From a virus (lineage: Duplodnaviria > Caudoviricetes), in the IMG/VR virus record IMGVR_UViG_3300038673_000730, positions 1 through 27,654 of that record: DNA of 27,654 nt; one strand, 5' to 3'. The notes beneath the pieces were generated by a model. That model was not told the DNA's origin and did no database searches. It saw only the letters and a list, made by a program, of their open reading frames with translations. The stretch's first letter is position 1, and each line of letters starts with the position of its first letter. A program made the translations under genes and the position numbers. This document shows positions 7,182 through 16,084 of this stretch, piece by piece.

Positions 7182-7925
7182 TCATGGCAGCTCAATAATC
7201 TGCTCATAGAGCAGGATGTGACCCTTTGTCACGACTGCATTATCATGATAGTGGCCGAAGAACCACGCCTTATATTTGCAGTCGCGCTTGATTTCCTCCA
7301 AGAAGGCTGTCAAGGCGTCCTGCTGGTAGAAAGAACCCGTAATGATTTTGGCAAGGCTGTCGGGGGCGCAATGCGTGATGATATAATCTACCTCCATGTT
7401 GTGCTGCGCCAGATTCTTTCGCGCCTCATTGTATTCTTCCTCAGATGGTAGTTCTTCTTTCCACCAAGAGCGATGGTTGATGCGGAACATGGCTCGTCTT
7501 GCGGCCAATCGCTTGTACTGCTGCTCAAAGTCGGGGGCGTCCGGGTCGAGTATGCCATCGCTCACATCGTGGCAGCTTGCGCCTCCCATCGTGAAGAAGG
7601 AGTGACCGCCAATCTCAAAGACCTGACCGCGCATGAGATGGAGGATGGACGGCGTGATATATTGAACCTTGCCGCCGTGCCACTCGTCAACCGGGAATTT
7701 TGCCAACAGGTCGTAATTTGAGTGATTGCCGGCGATGAACAGAGTGGTAAAAGGCTTATCGCTCAGCCACTTGTACCAGTACCGTTCACTTGGGCTATCC
7801 TCCCATATTCCAAAGTCGCCGCATATGATGACATAATCGTCTTTGGTCATGCCGCGCTGTTCCGGGAAGTTCTTGCTTGAAAAACGCTCGAACTCTCCAT
7901 GCGTGTCGCCCGTCACGAAAATCAT
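7182..7925 (-). CDS. Calcineurin-like metallophosphoesterase
   Basis: GDTHG, GDFG, GNHSN, THCAP and GHYH motifs. Confidence 0.92.
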   Translation of the reverse strand: MIFVTGDTHGEFERFSSKNFPEQRGMTKDDYVIICGDFGIWEDSPSERYWYKWLSDKPFTTLFIAGNHSNYDLLAKFPVDEWHGGKVQYITPSILHLMRGQVFEIGGHSFFTMGGASCHDVSDGILDPDAPDFEQQYKRLAARRAMFRINHRSWWKEELPSEEEYNEARKNLAQHNMEVDYIITHCAPDSLAKIITGSFYQQDALTAFLEEIKRDCKYKAWFFGHYHDNAVVTKGHILLYEQIIELP

Positions 7926-8470
7926 GTGCCGTGCGCCTCCTTAAATGCGATATTGTTTGCCACCAACTCATCGAAGGTCACTGGCTCGTATCCGTTTACC
8001 TCAACGCTTGCGTTCAGCGCGTGTGGCATATTCCGAAGCAAAGGCCAGTAGTCGCTGCCGGTGTTGTCGTGGATATGGCCGTGGATCATGTATCTGCCCC
8101 TGCTTGCACCGTTCCAGGTCATGAGTGGGTAATGGCACAAGACGAGCTTATGATTGCCGTCGCTTATCTCAGCGAAGTGCTGAACACTCTGAAAGAATGC
8201 ATCGAGGTCGGTTTTCTTCATCCAGTCCTTATCGTGATTTCCCACGATGAGGTGCTTTTTCCCGTTCAATTCTTGCAGATACTCGCTTGCTGGAACAGCG
8301 TTACGGAAGAAGATATCCCCAAGGATATATACCGTGTCGTTCTTTTTGACACGCCGGTTCCACCGCTTGCACAGCTCGGCATTCATCTCATCTAAAGTCG
8401 CAAACGGTCGGTTCGTGTGCTTGAGAATGTTTGCGTGTCCGATGTGAAGATCGGCAGTATAATAAACCAT
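7922..8470 (-). CDS. Calcineurin-like metallophosphoesterase (short phage-type subfamily)
   Basis: Start moved to MVYYTADLHIGHANI at 8470 (SD GAAAGGA); LGD, GNHD, CHYP and HGHIH motifs. Confidence 0.9.
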   Translation of the reverse strand: MVYYTADLHIGHANILKHTNRPFATLDEMNAELCKRWNRRVKKNDTVYILGDIFFRNAVPASEYLQELNGKKHLIVGNHDKDWMKKTDLDAFFQSVQHFAEISDGNHKLVLCHYPLMTWNGASRGRYMIHGHIHDNTGSDYWPLLRNMPHALNASVEVNGYEPVTFDELVANNIAFKEAHGT

Positions 8471-8495
8471 TGGGCAGTTCCTTTCGATTTCGTCG

Positions 8496-9104
8496 TTATC
8501 CGTCCGCGAAGATATCCTCACAGACGATGTTGAGATTTGGCGCAACGCTGTTGAGCTCGGCAATTGCGAGAGTATCGTCGTCATATTTTCTTTCCGGCAG
8601 ATAGAGGTTACTTATCACGCTCGGCGTTTTTGTTTCCTTGTAGCTCAACACGCCGGGATGCCCCCAGAAACAGTTCACAGGATGCCAAGCCGCGTAGTTG
8701 TCCACTTCACTGCGATAGTCAAGCCCTTCCATCGCTGGGCAAATGCATCTGATGTACTGTTCCCTATCTTTTATGATAGCGGCTTTCACATGAGCGTTAT
8801 GAACACGCATTTTGTAGGTGCTATCCCAAACATTTATGAAATCCCATTCACAGTCGGTGAGAGGCAGAGAAGTATTCTTTATGCAGATTACCGGCTCCAG
8901 CAATCGATACTGCCCTTGAGCAACATGATGAGTTGCGCCGAGTTCGCCATTCAAGTAGCGGTAGAGAGCATCGACCGTATCTCTATGTTCTTCAAAGTCC
9001 AGCGCTTCGACAAATGCTCTGATCTGCCCCATGGTTCCGTAGTAACGCTTGGGGAAGGACGAGAAGCTTGGCCTGAAATAGTCGTCAAGCGTTATTGCAT
9101 ACAT
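8496..9104 (-). CDS. Hypothetical protein
   Basis: Start MYAITL at 9104 with SD GAGGA; co-oriented within the operon. Confidence 0.7.
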   Translation of the reverse strand: MYAITLDDYFRPSFSSFPKRYYGTMGQIRAFVEALDFEEHRDTVDALYRYLNGELGATHHVAQGQYRLLEPVICIKNTSLPLTDCEWDFINVWDSTYKMRVHNAHVKAAIIKDREQYIRCICPAMEGLDYRSEVDNYAAWHPVNCFWGHPGVLSYKETKTPSVISNLYLPERKYDDDTLAIAELNSVAPNLNIVCEDIFADG

Positions 9105-9186
9105 AGGTTCCTCTTTCGAAGATCTGTTCACAGTCAACCTCTTTCTTCCCCCCCACATTGTCAGGCGGCGGCAGGATGCCGCTTTA

Positions 9187-10044
9187 TCAAAGACCTGCCC
9201 ATGTCTTTATCACATCTGCGTTCTTTGGATCGATGAAGAAGCGCATCATTGCGCGGGTGACGATATCTATCGTCGTATTTTTTTCTTCGCAATACGCTTT
9301 GAAATCACGCAGCGTTTGCTCGTCGATTTCCACCTCGCACTCCACAAGTGTGGGCAGCACCTCGTAGCTTTTCATCAAAAAGTGCATTTTGTCGATGCGC
9401 TTGTCTATATGCCAGTGCCCGCAGAACCAGTAGCCATAGCAGAGTTTGCTCTCGATAGTGTCGAGCCATTCTTCTGTGCTGCGGTCAACGGTGCTTTGAT
9501 CCAACCCCGTGAGGAACGCCTCTGTTGGCGTATACCTTGCCGGGCATGTATGAGAAAGGACGCAGTCGACCATCCAGCCGATTGCGTCCAACTTCTGCTC
9601 AACAAGAGCTTTCGTTTTATCGGAAGGCTGTTCATCGTCGAACCAGCCCATACCTCGCCGCAAACGGTAGAACTTGTCCACCGAATACGCGCCGCCCATG
9701 ACTATGGCTCTATAGCCGTCAAGATCAAAGACCTCACCATCCTTGGCGAACAGAAGATTCGGGTAATCTGGCTCGACATATACTGTGCCGCCATTCCACA
9801 TTTGTTCTTCATAGGATGGAATCGTCTCGGGCCGCATCTCATGGTTTCCGTGGACGCAGAAGATTGTGACTCCCTGCTTATTAAGAAGTTTCTTTGACTT
9901 CCTGTCGCCGCGCTCGTTTCCGTAGTAGTTCAGACCTGCGTCCCCGAGAATGATGATTGTGTCGGTCGGCTGGATGTCATAGTGCTTGATATCGTTTATG
10001 ATCCTACGGACATCGCCGTGGATATCGCCGGTAAAATAGTACAT
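9187..10044 (-). CDS. Calcineurin-like metallophosphoesterase with C-terminal ribbon-helix-helix-like extension
   Basis: GDIHG, GDAG, HGNHE, SHTCP and GHWH motifs; tail VEIDEQTLRDFKAYCEEKNTTIDIVTRAMMRFFI. Confidence 0.88.
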   Translation of the reverse strand: MYYFTGDIHGDVRRIINDIKHYDIQPTDTIIILGDAGLNYYGNERGDRKSKKLLNKQGVTIFCVHGNHEMRPETIPSYEEQMWNGGTVYVEPDYPNLLFAKDGEVFDLDGYRAIVMGGAYSVDKFYRLRRGMGWFDDEQPSDKTKALVEQKLDAIGWMVDCVLSHTCPARYTPTEAFLTGLDQSTVDRSTEEWLDTIESKLCYGYWFCGHWHIDKRIDKMHFLMKSYEVLPTLVECEVEIDEQTLRDFKAYCEEKNTTIDIVTRAMMRFFIDPKNADVIKTWAGL

Positions 10045-10055
10045 GGAACACCTCG

Positions 10056-10430
10056 TTACTCGTTTTCCTCAACGCCAAATATTTTGTACAGCTCACTGCG
10101 GCACTCTGCTAATTGGAGATCGATCTGCCTCTTGCAGCGTTGTGTGCCGGTCGCTTTCAGCCACTTCTGCTTGAACCGCTGTACATCCTTCAAGTAGTCC
10201 TCCGGTCCGGTATCGCCAGATACATACCAGTCGTAGCTATGTAACAGGCAAAACATATCATACACCATTTCGGATAATTCCGCATCCTCCAGCGGATTTA
10301 TTTTTCGGGCTCTTGGTGAATTTGCAAACCCCTTTTCGCCGTAATTCACATCAATGCCATACCCAAAAATTTCATGGCACAAGGTGTCGTTCGCATAATT
10401 GAAATGTCCGCCGCTCAAATTATTCGCCAT
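10056..10430 (-). CDS. Phage-type hypothetical protein
   Basis: N-terminal SGGHFNY and LLHSYDWYVSGD motifs; overlaps the upstream gene. Confidence 0.7.
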   Translation of the reverse strand: MANNLSGGHFNYANDTLCHEIFGYGIDVNYGEKGFANSPRARKINPLEDAELSEMVYDMFCLLHSYDWYVSGDTGPEDYLKDVQRFKQKWLKATGTQRCKRQIDLQLAECRSELYKIFGVEENE

Positions 10431-10812
10431 CCTTTAGAATATCGTTGAAGCTAAAAACCACAGCATTTGTCCTTTCCGAATATGTTCCCGATAAGGAATA
10501 TGACTTTTCTGCATCCAGTCCATTAGATTGAAGCAGTTCTTTTATGAATAGTCGACTGTGGATACGAAGCTTCGTGTGCCGCTCCGTAAGCAGTCCGTCA
10601 GGCGTCTTGAAGGACAGCACTTCTGTAGCATCACAGGGGCATATTGCCAAGGAGTGATTTGCTTCGTTGACCCGAAGACAGATATGCGAAGGCGAACCCA
10701 ATACACGGATAACATCCTTGCTGATTTGAACGGCATTCCAGTGTCCCTGAATCGAGAGGGCCATGTAGAGCTTTCTCTTTTTGGAATTTACCTCTTTATC
10801 GTCAGCACTCAT
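10420..10812 (-). CDS. Recombinase-associated small protein with AbrB-like domain
   Basis: Aligns by eye with the C-terminal domain of the 11626-13644 recombinase; ATGA overlap with the upstream gene. Confidence 0.7.
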   Translation of the reverse strand: MSADDKEVNSKKRKLYMALSIQGHWNAVQISKDVIRVLGSPSHICLRVNEANHSLAICPCDATEVLSFKTPDGLLTERHTKLRIHSRLFIKELLQSNGLDAEKSYSLSGTYSERTNAVVFSFNDILKDGE

Positions 10813-11612
10813 AATCCACCGCCATTTCCGCCTGAATATGTTGCTCTCAGCTGTTCCTGCGCGACTGTGCTAATTGGGCTGTTCTCCGGGTTTTCGCCAG
10901 AGCCTGATTGCGTTGCATATCCGTCAAAGGCTTCGAACAGATTGAGCTGTTGGCTTGCGGCATAGTCGTTGTAGGACTTTCCGATGCAGTCCTTATACTC
11001 ATCGGGATAGTATTTGACCTGGCGCTTTTTCACCTCACCTGTGCTTTTGTCGACATACTCGACGGGAGTTGGTGTGAACATGATGGATTCTTCGAGATCA
11101 AATACGAGTATCAAGCCCTTCGGTGAGGCGGCGATCCTGCCAAGCGCCTTATATCGGCAGTGCTCATCCCACCCCATCAGGTCAAATATCTTCTTTATGA
11201 ACTCCAGCGAAGTGATGTCTTTGTTTACCCAAGAGTCTTGCTTCAGACGAGCCCATTCCACTGATGCGCTTTCTTCTTCCGCACAGGTGACAATGGCAAG
11301 ACGCTTTTTCTCTCGGTTCACGATGGGAAGGATGTGCTGAACTCCTTCGAACAGGCGAATGCAAGCCATGTTACAGGTGAAGCGTCCGTACTTTATACTG
11401 ACCGCTGGCTTCTTCAGCATGGAAAACTGCGTCCGGGGCGGAAGCTCATAACCATCAAGGTTTTCAAAGGGCAGATCTTCCTTTTGCTCCAAGCGTGCCT
11501 GAACGAGCTGGCGAATGAGCTCCTGCTCCTTTGCATTATAGGCGGAGCCCTTCTTTTCTTCCGCTGTCGCCGCAGATGCGGTCTTTATCTCGTTCTCCAC
11601 TACTGTTTCCAT
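10809..11612 (-). CDS. Recombinase-associated protein with AbrB-like domain; no catalytic recombinase motif
   Basis: LDGYELPPRTQF...PAVSIKYGRFTCNMACIRLF...RLAIVTC...W...IFDLMGW..RYK..G; SD AAAGGTG. Confidence 0.75.
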   Translation of the reverse strand: METVVENEIKTASAATAEEKKGSAYNAKEQELIRQLVQARLEQKEDLPFENLDGYELPPRTQFSMLKKPAVSIKYGRFTCNMACIRLFEGVQHILPIVNREKKRLAIVTCAEEESASVEWARLKQDSWVNKDITSLEFIKKIFDLMGWDEHCRYKALGRIAASPKGLILVFDLEESIMFTPTPVEYVDKSTGEVKKRQVKYYPDEYKDCIGKSYNDYAASQQLNLFEAFDGYATQSGSGENPENSPISTVAQEQLRATYSGGNGGGL

Positions 11613-11625
11613 TTTATCACACCTT

Positions 11626-13644
11626 TCACATTGATGTCAGCAACCGCTCAACTTCCTCGAGTAGCTGCTCTTTGGTGGGGATTTCGCCGATCATTGGATT
11701 CAGTACCGCTGTGCCCTGTATTGAGATATCTGACTCTGTCAGCGAGTCAATGATGCTGTCACGCATCTTTCGCATGGCATAGCTTGTTCCAAAAACACCG
11801 CCATCCCATTCGTCCGGGTACGCATATAAAGTGTCTGCATCCAACATTGGCTCCACATGGCCTTTATCGCTGCGCTTATACGGGATATACTTAATGGCGC
11901 TTTGAGCTTCCTCGCTTGTGGGCGCAATGTCCGCCTCGAGTGCTTTCTTTCCGGGAAGGATCTGCGGCTCGTCCAGAAAGAACATGATCATTTTTGCATT
12001 TCCGCGTTTCCGAGTAACGCCCCTGAACTTAAAGCGATAGCTCTGTATCCACATCATCTCATCATAAATGGAGCCACAAAACGCTCTTGCAACAATGTGC
12101 ATAATGGCGTTGCCGCTTTCGTCCTCCCATTGAAAGGCGTTTGGATAATCGGCGTCACAGGCACGGACGGCCAGTGTCTTCAAAAACGGATGGTAGAGTA
12201 TTTCAACATACTGGCTCATCCCAAGACTGACATGGCAGGTTTTGTTGAACTGTAAGTCCCGCGTCGAAATGGTCAGCGTGGAAGTCGTCCGTTTCATGAA
12301 GAACACTCCGCGTGGCACTTCGTAGCCTGTTAGCTGCATGGAGAGCACATTGCTGTGGTCATCTCCGTTGAGGAGTCTCGCCTCGCGCTCCAGTGCGGCA
12401 TATTCATCATCTGAGTACACACTGCGGCAGACCGTCTTGAAGGTATCTGCATCAACCCCGCCCCAATAAGGGCACAAACTGACGAATCCTTTGAGTGCGC
12501 CGCTTGAGATTACATTTAAATCTGACACGCCGTTAAAATGTGCGCGATTGCTGTTTGAGACGAGGTGCGCCGCTTTTGCAATTTGCGGAGTAACGATGCC
12601 CTCGTGATGCTCCGGGACAAAGGCTTTCACTCTCTTTTTGATGTTTTTGGTTGTTGTGCCAGCGATATAATCGATCACGATTCTTTTCCTGACGTCCAGA
12701 TCGCCCCAACGCCGCTCGTTTTGCATGATGGCCTTGACCATTCCGGCATCCCATGTGGTATTGCCTTTGAGGGTCTTGCGCCCTTTCTCGGTGAGCGTGG
12801 CGGCGATTTCACTCAGTGAGTAACCGCAGATGTAGGCCAGGAAAATGAAGCGTACTGTTATGGCTTCATCCTCTTGAATGATCAGTTGTCCGTCCTGCGT
12901 ATGGCGATACCCCAATAGGTCGGACAGCGGATATTGTCCCATGCAGATGCGTTGGTCATATGACAAGATCATGCGGCTGCTCTTTTGAGCTGACTCCCAA
13001 TCGGCAAGCATCGCGTGGATCGACAGCGCTTGGCTGCTGGAGGGGTCAAGCGTATAGATGTTCTCAGTTTCGAAGTAAACACCGACCGGGTGAGATGGGT
13101 TTTGTGTCCGCAGCAGGCGAAGCTGTTCTGTGCAGATGGCGATATTTCGCGCAAATCGGGAAACGCTGGCGCATAGAATCAGATCCATCTTGTTGTCAGC
13201 GGCATCCTGGAGCATCCGCTTGAATTCTGTCCGTTTTCGCATTGAAGTTCCGGACTTGCCCTCATCGCTGTAGATCTCTTGCAGCTCCCAGTTTGGAGTT
13301 TTCTCTACTTTTTCCGTATAGTACCGTGTCTGGTTTTCAATAGACGAGACCTGCTCGGTGCTCTTGGTGCTCACTCGCGCATAGACCGCAACCCTTTTGT
13401 CGCCCTCATCCTTTATGGACGGGGTTGGATCGGGGTAAGTAATGACTGCGTTTGCGGGAACAGATGCGTTCCGAACTCGCTGGCGAATATCCTCTCGGAT
13501 ACTCTCTCTATCTGCATCCTGGGGACGCCAATGGTGTTCAGCCGGAGCTTGGGCAACCTCTTGCCTGATTTCGGTATTCACTTCTGCGTCGGCACAGGCT
13601 TCACCGGCTGCCTCGGTGTAAGGCGTTTCTTTATTATCCTCCAT
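11626..13644 (-). CDS. Large serine recombinase with extra C-terminal AbrB-like domain and no zinc ribbon
   Basis: VAVYARVST, DEGKSGT, SVSRFARN, LLGY, HEGIV; start probably MEDNK at 13644 (alternative 13656). Confidence 0.92.
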   Translation of the reverse strand: MEDNKETPYTEAAGEACADAEVNTEIRQEVAQAPAEHHWRPQDADRESIREDIRQRVRNASVPANAVITYPDPTPSIKDEGDKRVAVYARVSTKSTEQVSSIENQTRYYTEKVEKTPNWELQEIYSDEGKSGTSMRKRTEFKRMLQDAADNKMDLILCASVSRFARNIAICTEQLRLLRTQNPSHPVGVYFETENIYTLDPSSSQALSIHAMLADWESAQKSSRMILSYDQRICMGQYPLSDLLGYRHTQDGQLIIQEDEAITVRFIFLAYICGYSLSEIAATLTEKGRKTLKGNTTWDAGMVKAIMQNERRWGDLDVRKRIVIDYIAGTTTKNIKKRVKAFVPEHHEGIVTPQIAKAAHLVSNSNRAHFNGVSDLNVISSGALKGFVSLCPYWGGVDADTFKTVCRSVYSDDEYAALEREARLLNGDDHSNVLSMQLTGYEVPRGVFFMKRTTSTLTISTRDLQFNKTCHVSLGMSQYVEILYHPFLKTLAVRACDADYPNAFQWEDESGNAIMHIVARAFCGSIYDEMMWIQSYRFKFRGVTRKRGNAKMIMFFLDEPQILPGKKALEADIAPTSEEAQSAIKYIPYKRSDKGHVEPMLDADTLYAYPDEWDGGVFGTSYAMRKMRDSIIDSLTESDISIQGTAVLNPMIGEIPTKEQLLEEVERLLTSM

Positions 13645-13668
13645 GCTGAACCTCATTTCTGCAATTCT

Positions 13669-14175
13669 CTATCGAACGATGCCGTTCATTCCCTTTACTA
13701 TTTGCTCGTGCCACCGGGTGTAGTCGTCTGGATTTAGCTCCACCAAATCGCACGCCATTTTGTAGAGGGCTTCCCGCTGCTGATCGTCATTTACCAGCGT
13801 GTTGATATTATATGACCTGTCTTCTGTGATGATATTAACCCCGTCGCCAATCTCAAACAGCAGCTTTAGTAGATAACTGAACTCTTTCGGGTTTGCTGCA
13901 AGATAGCCGCTCGTTTGGGCCGAGATGCATTGCACTTTACCCGAGATACAGTCGCGGATAAGTCGCAGCATTTCAGGGCGGCGCCGAATCTCCTTCTGGC
14001 CGGTAATGTCTATATAAACATCGACAAGGTGGAACTGCGTCGAGTCCTTATATCTGTTTTCGTAGAGCGCCGTATGGTACGCTATGGCTTCATTTCGGCT
14101 TCGCTCCCATAGCTTTGCAAGCTTCACATAACCGGCAAGCGTAATTCTCTCGCCAGCCTCGGGAGGCGCGCTCAT
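13669..14175 (-). CDS. Catalytically inactive resolvase-like (serine recombinase N-terminal domain only) protein
   Basis: LAGYVKLA in place of YxRVS; LVDVYIDITG...RPEMLRLIRDC..GKVQCI retained; SRFARN replaced by GYLAAN. Start MSAPP at 14175 (ATGA overlap). Confidence 0.7.
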   Translation of the reverse strand: MSAPPEAGERITLAGYVKLAKLWERSRNEAIAYHTALYENRYKDSTQFHLVDVYIDITGQKEIRRRPEMLRLIRDCISGKVQCISAQTSGYLAANPKEFSYLLKLLFEIGDGVNIITEDRSYNINTLVNDDQQREALYKMACDLVELNPDDYTRWHEQIVKGMNGIVR

Positions 14176-15140
14176 TTGTTCACCTCTGGCAGTGTCCAAA
14201 ACCAAGCGTTTTCCTTTTTATAGGCTCTTACGCCAAGCTCCTTTTTTGCAGTTTGAACCGTCCGCCGTGAGATGCCCATCTGATTCATTTTATAAAACAC
14301 GGTCGCGCTGGGCATATCCGCCTCGGTTAACAGCTCAATAAGTGATTGCGTTGCCATGTCGCGTTTGCTTTCGTCGTTCCCGCCGTTGATATCTCCGTTG
14401 CAGATATCAACATCGCAAGGGCCGATCCATTGAAAGCCTGTCTCTTTATCGAAGGAGAAGCCGATGGGCAAACCCTCCGGGGCAAGGCTTGATTTGATAG
14501 GCGTCAGATAGCGGATCTGCGGGTCGAGCTCATCTCGCGTGACCATAAGAACGCTTCTCGCTATTGCGGCGATATCTATACTGCCAAGACCTCTATAAAG
14601 GCTCTTTCCGCCCTGGGCTTTATTCATGTGCCCGACAAGGACGACAGCGCAGTTGTGCTTTGCGGCTATCATGGCAAGTTTACTGAGTACGCTTCTCATG
14701 CGACTTGCGCTTTGCATATCTCCGTCTTGAACGAGAAATGACTGGATCGGGTCAAGGATGAGCAGTCGGGAGTGAGTCTGCGTGATCGTGTCCTCGATGC
14801 GCGTGTCCTCTAACGTCAAGGTGCCGTCTTCATCCAATATATACGCCACCTTATCGCAGTCAGCGCCAGCGGATATCAGGCGGGGCTTAATCGTGTCTGC
14901 GGCGTCATCTTCCGCGCATTGGTACACGACTCCATGCGGTGAACTGATGCGATAGCCGTCCGGCATGGGGCTTCCTCGCGTGACCGCTGCCGCTATGTTC
15001 AGCATAACTGTTGATTTTCCCTCGCCGGGATCGCCCTGCAGAAGCGTCAGCTTCCCATATGGGATGTAAGGATACCACAACCAGTCAACCGCCTTTGGCT
15101 GAACAGTGGAGTAGAACGCATATGCGCGTGGGTTATTCAT
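14172..15140 (-). CDS. AAA_25/RecA-like ATPase (RepA-type helicase family)
   Basis: WLWYPYIPYGKLTLLQGDPGEGKS (Walker A), LLILDP (Walker B), GHMNK, GSIDIAAIARS; SD AAGGAG before MNNPR at 15140. Confidence 0.9.
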   Translation of the reverse strand: MNNPRAYAFYSTVQPKAVDWLWYPYIPYGKLTLLQGDPGEGKSTVMLNIAAAVTRGSPMPDGYRISSPHGVVYQCAEDDAADTIKPRLISAGADCDKVAYILDEDGTLTLEDTRIEDTITQTHSRLLILDPIQSFLVQDGDMQSASRMRSVLSKLAMIAAKHNCAVVLVGHMNKAQGGKSLYRGLGSIDIAAIARSVLMVTRDELDPQIRYLTPIKSSLAPEGLPIGFSFDKETGFQWIGPCDVDICNGDINGGNDESKRDMATQSLIELLTEADMPSATVFYKMNQMGISRRTVQTAKKELGVRAYKKENAWFWTLPEVNK

Positions 15141-15360
15141 TTGCGTTCGCTCCTTTATCTTCGTTTGCATTATCCTCGAAAAAGCACATCCAGTCAGTAT
15201 TCAAAGCAGAGGCAAGAGTCTTTGCGTTTTCAACAGACAGGCGACGAGCGCCCGTTTCATATCGGCTGATGTTGGTGGCAGAAATGCCCGAAGCCTTCGC
15301 CAGCTCGCATTGTGTCATATGCTGGGCGCACCGCTTGGTTTTTAGAATGCTCACAGGCAA
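15133..15360 (-). CDS. XRE-family HTH regulator (Cro-like)
   Basis: MTQCELAKASGISATNISRYETGARRLS; SD AGGAGG. Confidence 0.85.
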   Translation of the reverse strand: MPVSILKTKRCAQHMTQCELAKASGISATNISRYETGARRLSVENAKTLASALNTDWMCFFEDNANEDKGANANE

Positions 15361-15374
15361 TCACCCTCCTTCAC

Positions 15375-15470
15375 ATACCGGCACGGTATTATGATAATGC
15401 CATATTGGTAAGTTGTCAAGCGTTGAAATGCCAAAACGGTGATTACTTCACGCCAGAATGGAAATATAAT
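15375..15470. promoter_or_regulatory. Divergent promoter region with four 15-bp operators
   Basis: Operators at 15375, 15397, 15428 and 15450; leftward TTGACA-17-TATCAT (15391-15419); rightward TATAAT at 15465. Confidence 0.75.
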
Positions 15471-15494
15471 TATTGATAGGGATGAGGTGATCCG

Positions 15495-15818
15495 ATGAGA
15501 CTTAAGGAAATCCGGCTAAACCGGGGGCTTTCCCAAAAGACTGTTGCGGAGAATTTGAATTGCGCTCCGACTGTATATTCGAGATATGAAACTGGCGACA
15601 GAGAGCCCTCGATAGATATGCTATTGAAGCTTTCGGCTTTTTTTGGAGTTACGGTTGATTATCTTCTGGGAAATGAGGAAATCACTGTTTCCACTCTTTC
15701 AACCTACGAGACAGAATTGATTGCCGCCGCACGGGACGCAGATGAGCGTGCGCGTGAGGATGCGCTCAATATGCTGCGTTCTCATTGCGTTGAAAAGAAA
15801 AAAGAGAGCCTCGCGTAG
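15495..15818 (+). CDS. XRE-family HTH repressor (CI/ImmR-like)
   Basis: RLKEIRLNRGLSQKTVAENLNCAPTVYSRYETGDREPS...FGVTVDYLLG. Confidence 0.92.
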   Translation: MRLKEIRLNRGLSQKTVAENLNCAPTVYSRYETGDREPSIDMLLKLSAFFGVTVDYLLGNEEITVSTLSTYETELIAAARDADERAREDALNMLRSHCVEKKKESLA

Positions 15819-15948
15819 TAAGGCAGGGAAAGATTATTCATCTGTATTGGGACTAACCGATTGCACAGAAAGACAGGAACGAAACTCCGGCCTTGTCGTA
15901 TGCCTGCGGTTAGGCCACGGTTCTTATACTCTTTTTAAAGCGATAACG

Positions 15949-16000
15949 GCAAGGGCGCAAGGTGACTGTACACTTTGCGCCCTTGCGCCCTTGCGCTCTT
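15949..16000. repeat. Iteron-like 8-bp repeats with an inverted repeat (putative origin)
   Basis: TTGCGCCC at 15975 and 15983, TTGCGCTC at 15991; inverted GCAAGGGCGCAA at 15949-15960 pairs with 15975-15986. Confidence 0.65.
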
Positions 16001-16020
16001 GAATATCCTGCAACCTCGTG

Positions 16021-16057
16021 ATAACCTATTGACAATTAGGTTATAATAGGTTACGAT
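16021..16057 (+). promoter_or_regulatory. Sigma-A promoter with overlapping operator
   Basis: TTGACA(16029)-17-TACGAT(16052); ATAACCTA/TAGGTTAT inverted pair flanks the -35. Confidence 0.75.
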
Positions 16058-16084
16058 GAACACAATGAAGTGGAGGTGCTTTTC

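Larger units (their letters stand above)
4289..16000 (-). mobile_element. Satellite/IME-like integrative module
   Basis: CI/Cro switch, AAA_25, recombinase module and phage-like cargo; boundaries approximate. Confidence 0.55.
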
